A stretch of DNA of 64,000 nt from Thermoanaerobaculia bacterium. Its GTDB lineage: Bacteria > Acidobacteriota > Thermoanaerobaculia > Multivoradales > JAGPDF01. Both the position numbers and the translations under genes were made by a program. This document shows, piece by piece, positions 63,483 through 64,000 of the stretch; position 1 is the stretch's first letter, and each line of letters starts with the position of its first letter. The stretch is from positions 378,922 to 442,921 of the forward strand of contig CAWGFP010000011.1 in assembly GCA_963821905.1 (NCBI GenBank). The letters are read 5' to 3'. The notes under the pieces were generated by a model. It was not told the origin of the DNA. It saw nothing but the letters and a program-made list of their open reading frames with translations, and did not search any database.

Positions 63483-64000
63483 ATGACTTCCGACCGGCTG
63501 GCGCCTCTCCGCGAAGCGATCGCCGACGTCGATCGGGCGCTGCTGGAGCTGCTGCGCCGGCGCATGGAGCTCGCCGCCGAGGTCGGCAAGCTCAAGGCGG
63601 AGGCCGCGGCGCCGGTCGTGGTGCGCGACGTCGAGGACCGGGTGCTGTCGCGGGCCCGCCAACAGGCCGAGCAGTGCGGGGTGTCCGAGGGCGTGATGGA
63701 GGCGATCTTCGAGGCCATCATGCGCGGCTCGGTCGAGCGCCAGCACCGGATCGGCGTCGACCTGCGCCGCGAGCGCGGCGAGCGGCTGCTGATCGTCGGC
63801 GGCGCCGGCGGCATGGGTTCCTGGCTGCGGCACTTCCTGGAGCTGGTCGGCCATCACGTCGATGTCGTCGATCCGGCGCTCGGCGCCCTGCCGGACGCCG
63901 AGGGCTGTTTCTCGACCCTCGCCGACGTGCGGGAGCTCGATTACGCGGCGATCTTCGTCTCTGTGCCGCTCTCGGTGACCCCGCAGGTGCTCGGGGAGGT
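63483..64000 (+). CDS. tyrA: Bifunctional chorismate mutase / prephenate dehydrogenase (T-protein); 3' end lies beyond the window
   Basis: Not in the ORF track because it has no stop. Own translation from ATG 63483: MTSDRLAPLREAIADVDRALLELLRRRMELAAEVGKLK... (CM type 2). Then LLIVGGAGGMGSWLRHFLELVGHHV...AIFVSVPLSVTPQVLGE, collinear with E. coli TyrA (VVIVGGGGQMG...MVIVSVPIHVTEQVIGKL). Confidence 0.85.
   Translation, partial: MTSDRLAPLREAIADVDRALLELLRRRMELAAEVGKLKAEAAAPVVVRDVEDRVLSRARQQAEQCGVSEGVMEAIFEAIMRGSVERQHRIGVDLRRERGERLLIVGGAGGMGSWLRHFLELVGHHVDVVDPALGALPDAEGCFSTLADVRELDYAAIFVSVPLSVTPQVLGE

Overview
This is a very GC-rich bacterial chromosomal segment (G+C judged by eye, not computed). 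It looks diderm: it encodes a beta-barrel OMP, lipoproteins, FtsB and PspA. I can support about 58 protein-coding genes and 2 tRNAs (initiator tRNA-fMet and tRNA-Gln-CUG). I also support two families of intergenic palindromic repeats (4 + 2 copies), two canonical intrinsic terminators, one operator-like inverted repeat and one wrecked paralog remnant. I recognised no rRNA, CRISPR array, transposase, integrase or phage gene. Layout: (i) 1-9.4 kb holds a coiled-coil / AAA+ ATPase / cupredoxin operon and a PspA operon. These flank a tandem array of three SLH-like + 7-bladed-propeller surface-protein paralogs plus a broken fourth copy. (ii) 9.4-16 kb holds a FadL-like OMP and three tandem secreted propeller / FG-GAP-Cys repeat proteins. 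(iii) 16-19 kb holds an ECF sigma - Ser/Thr kinase - exported protein operon. (iv) 19-32 kb holds two translationally coupled GAPDH paralogs, a GH44 with three SLH domains, a GT-C-like membrane transferase, malQ and eno-ftsB. (v) 32-36.5 kb holds a plus-strand five-gene operon ending in a sortase and its LPxTA-type substrate, followed by arsR-arsM. (vi) 38.8-50 kb is an ~11 kb minus-strand run of M19 dipeptidase, ABC importer, two MFS transporters, pxpBC, an aminotransferase and pxpA. (vii) 50-64 kb holds a PIG-L deacetylase, DinB, an unusual AHCxDxxC seven-repeat surface protein, sucA, an M28 peptidase, an OCD-family enzyme, an LssY-like protein, an FAD monooxygenase and the start of tyrA. 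One technical point matters throughout: at least 17 genes (including eno, gap and sucA) are broken by indels in a patchy pattern. I interpret this as consensus/assembly error rather than decay. For those genes I give whole-gene spans that cross reading frames. All functional calls come from my own reading of the translations (motif recognition); no database search was possible.
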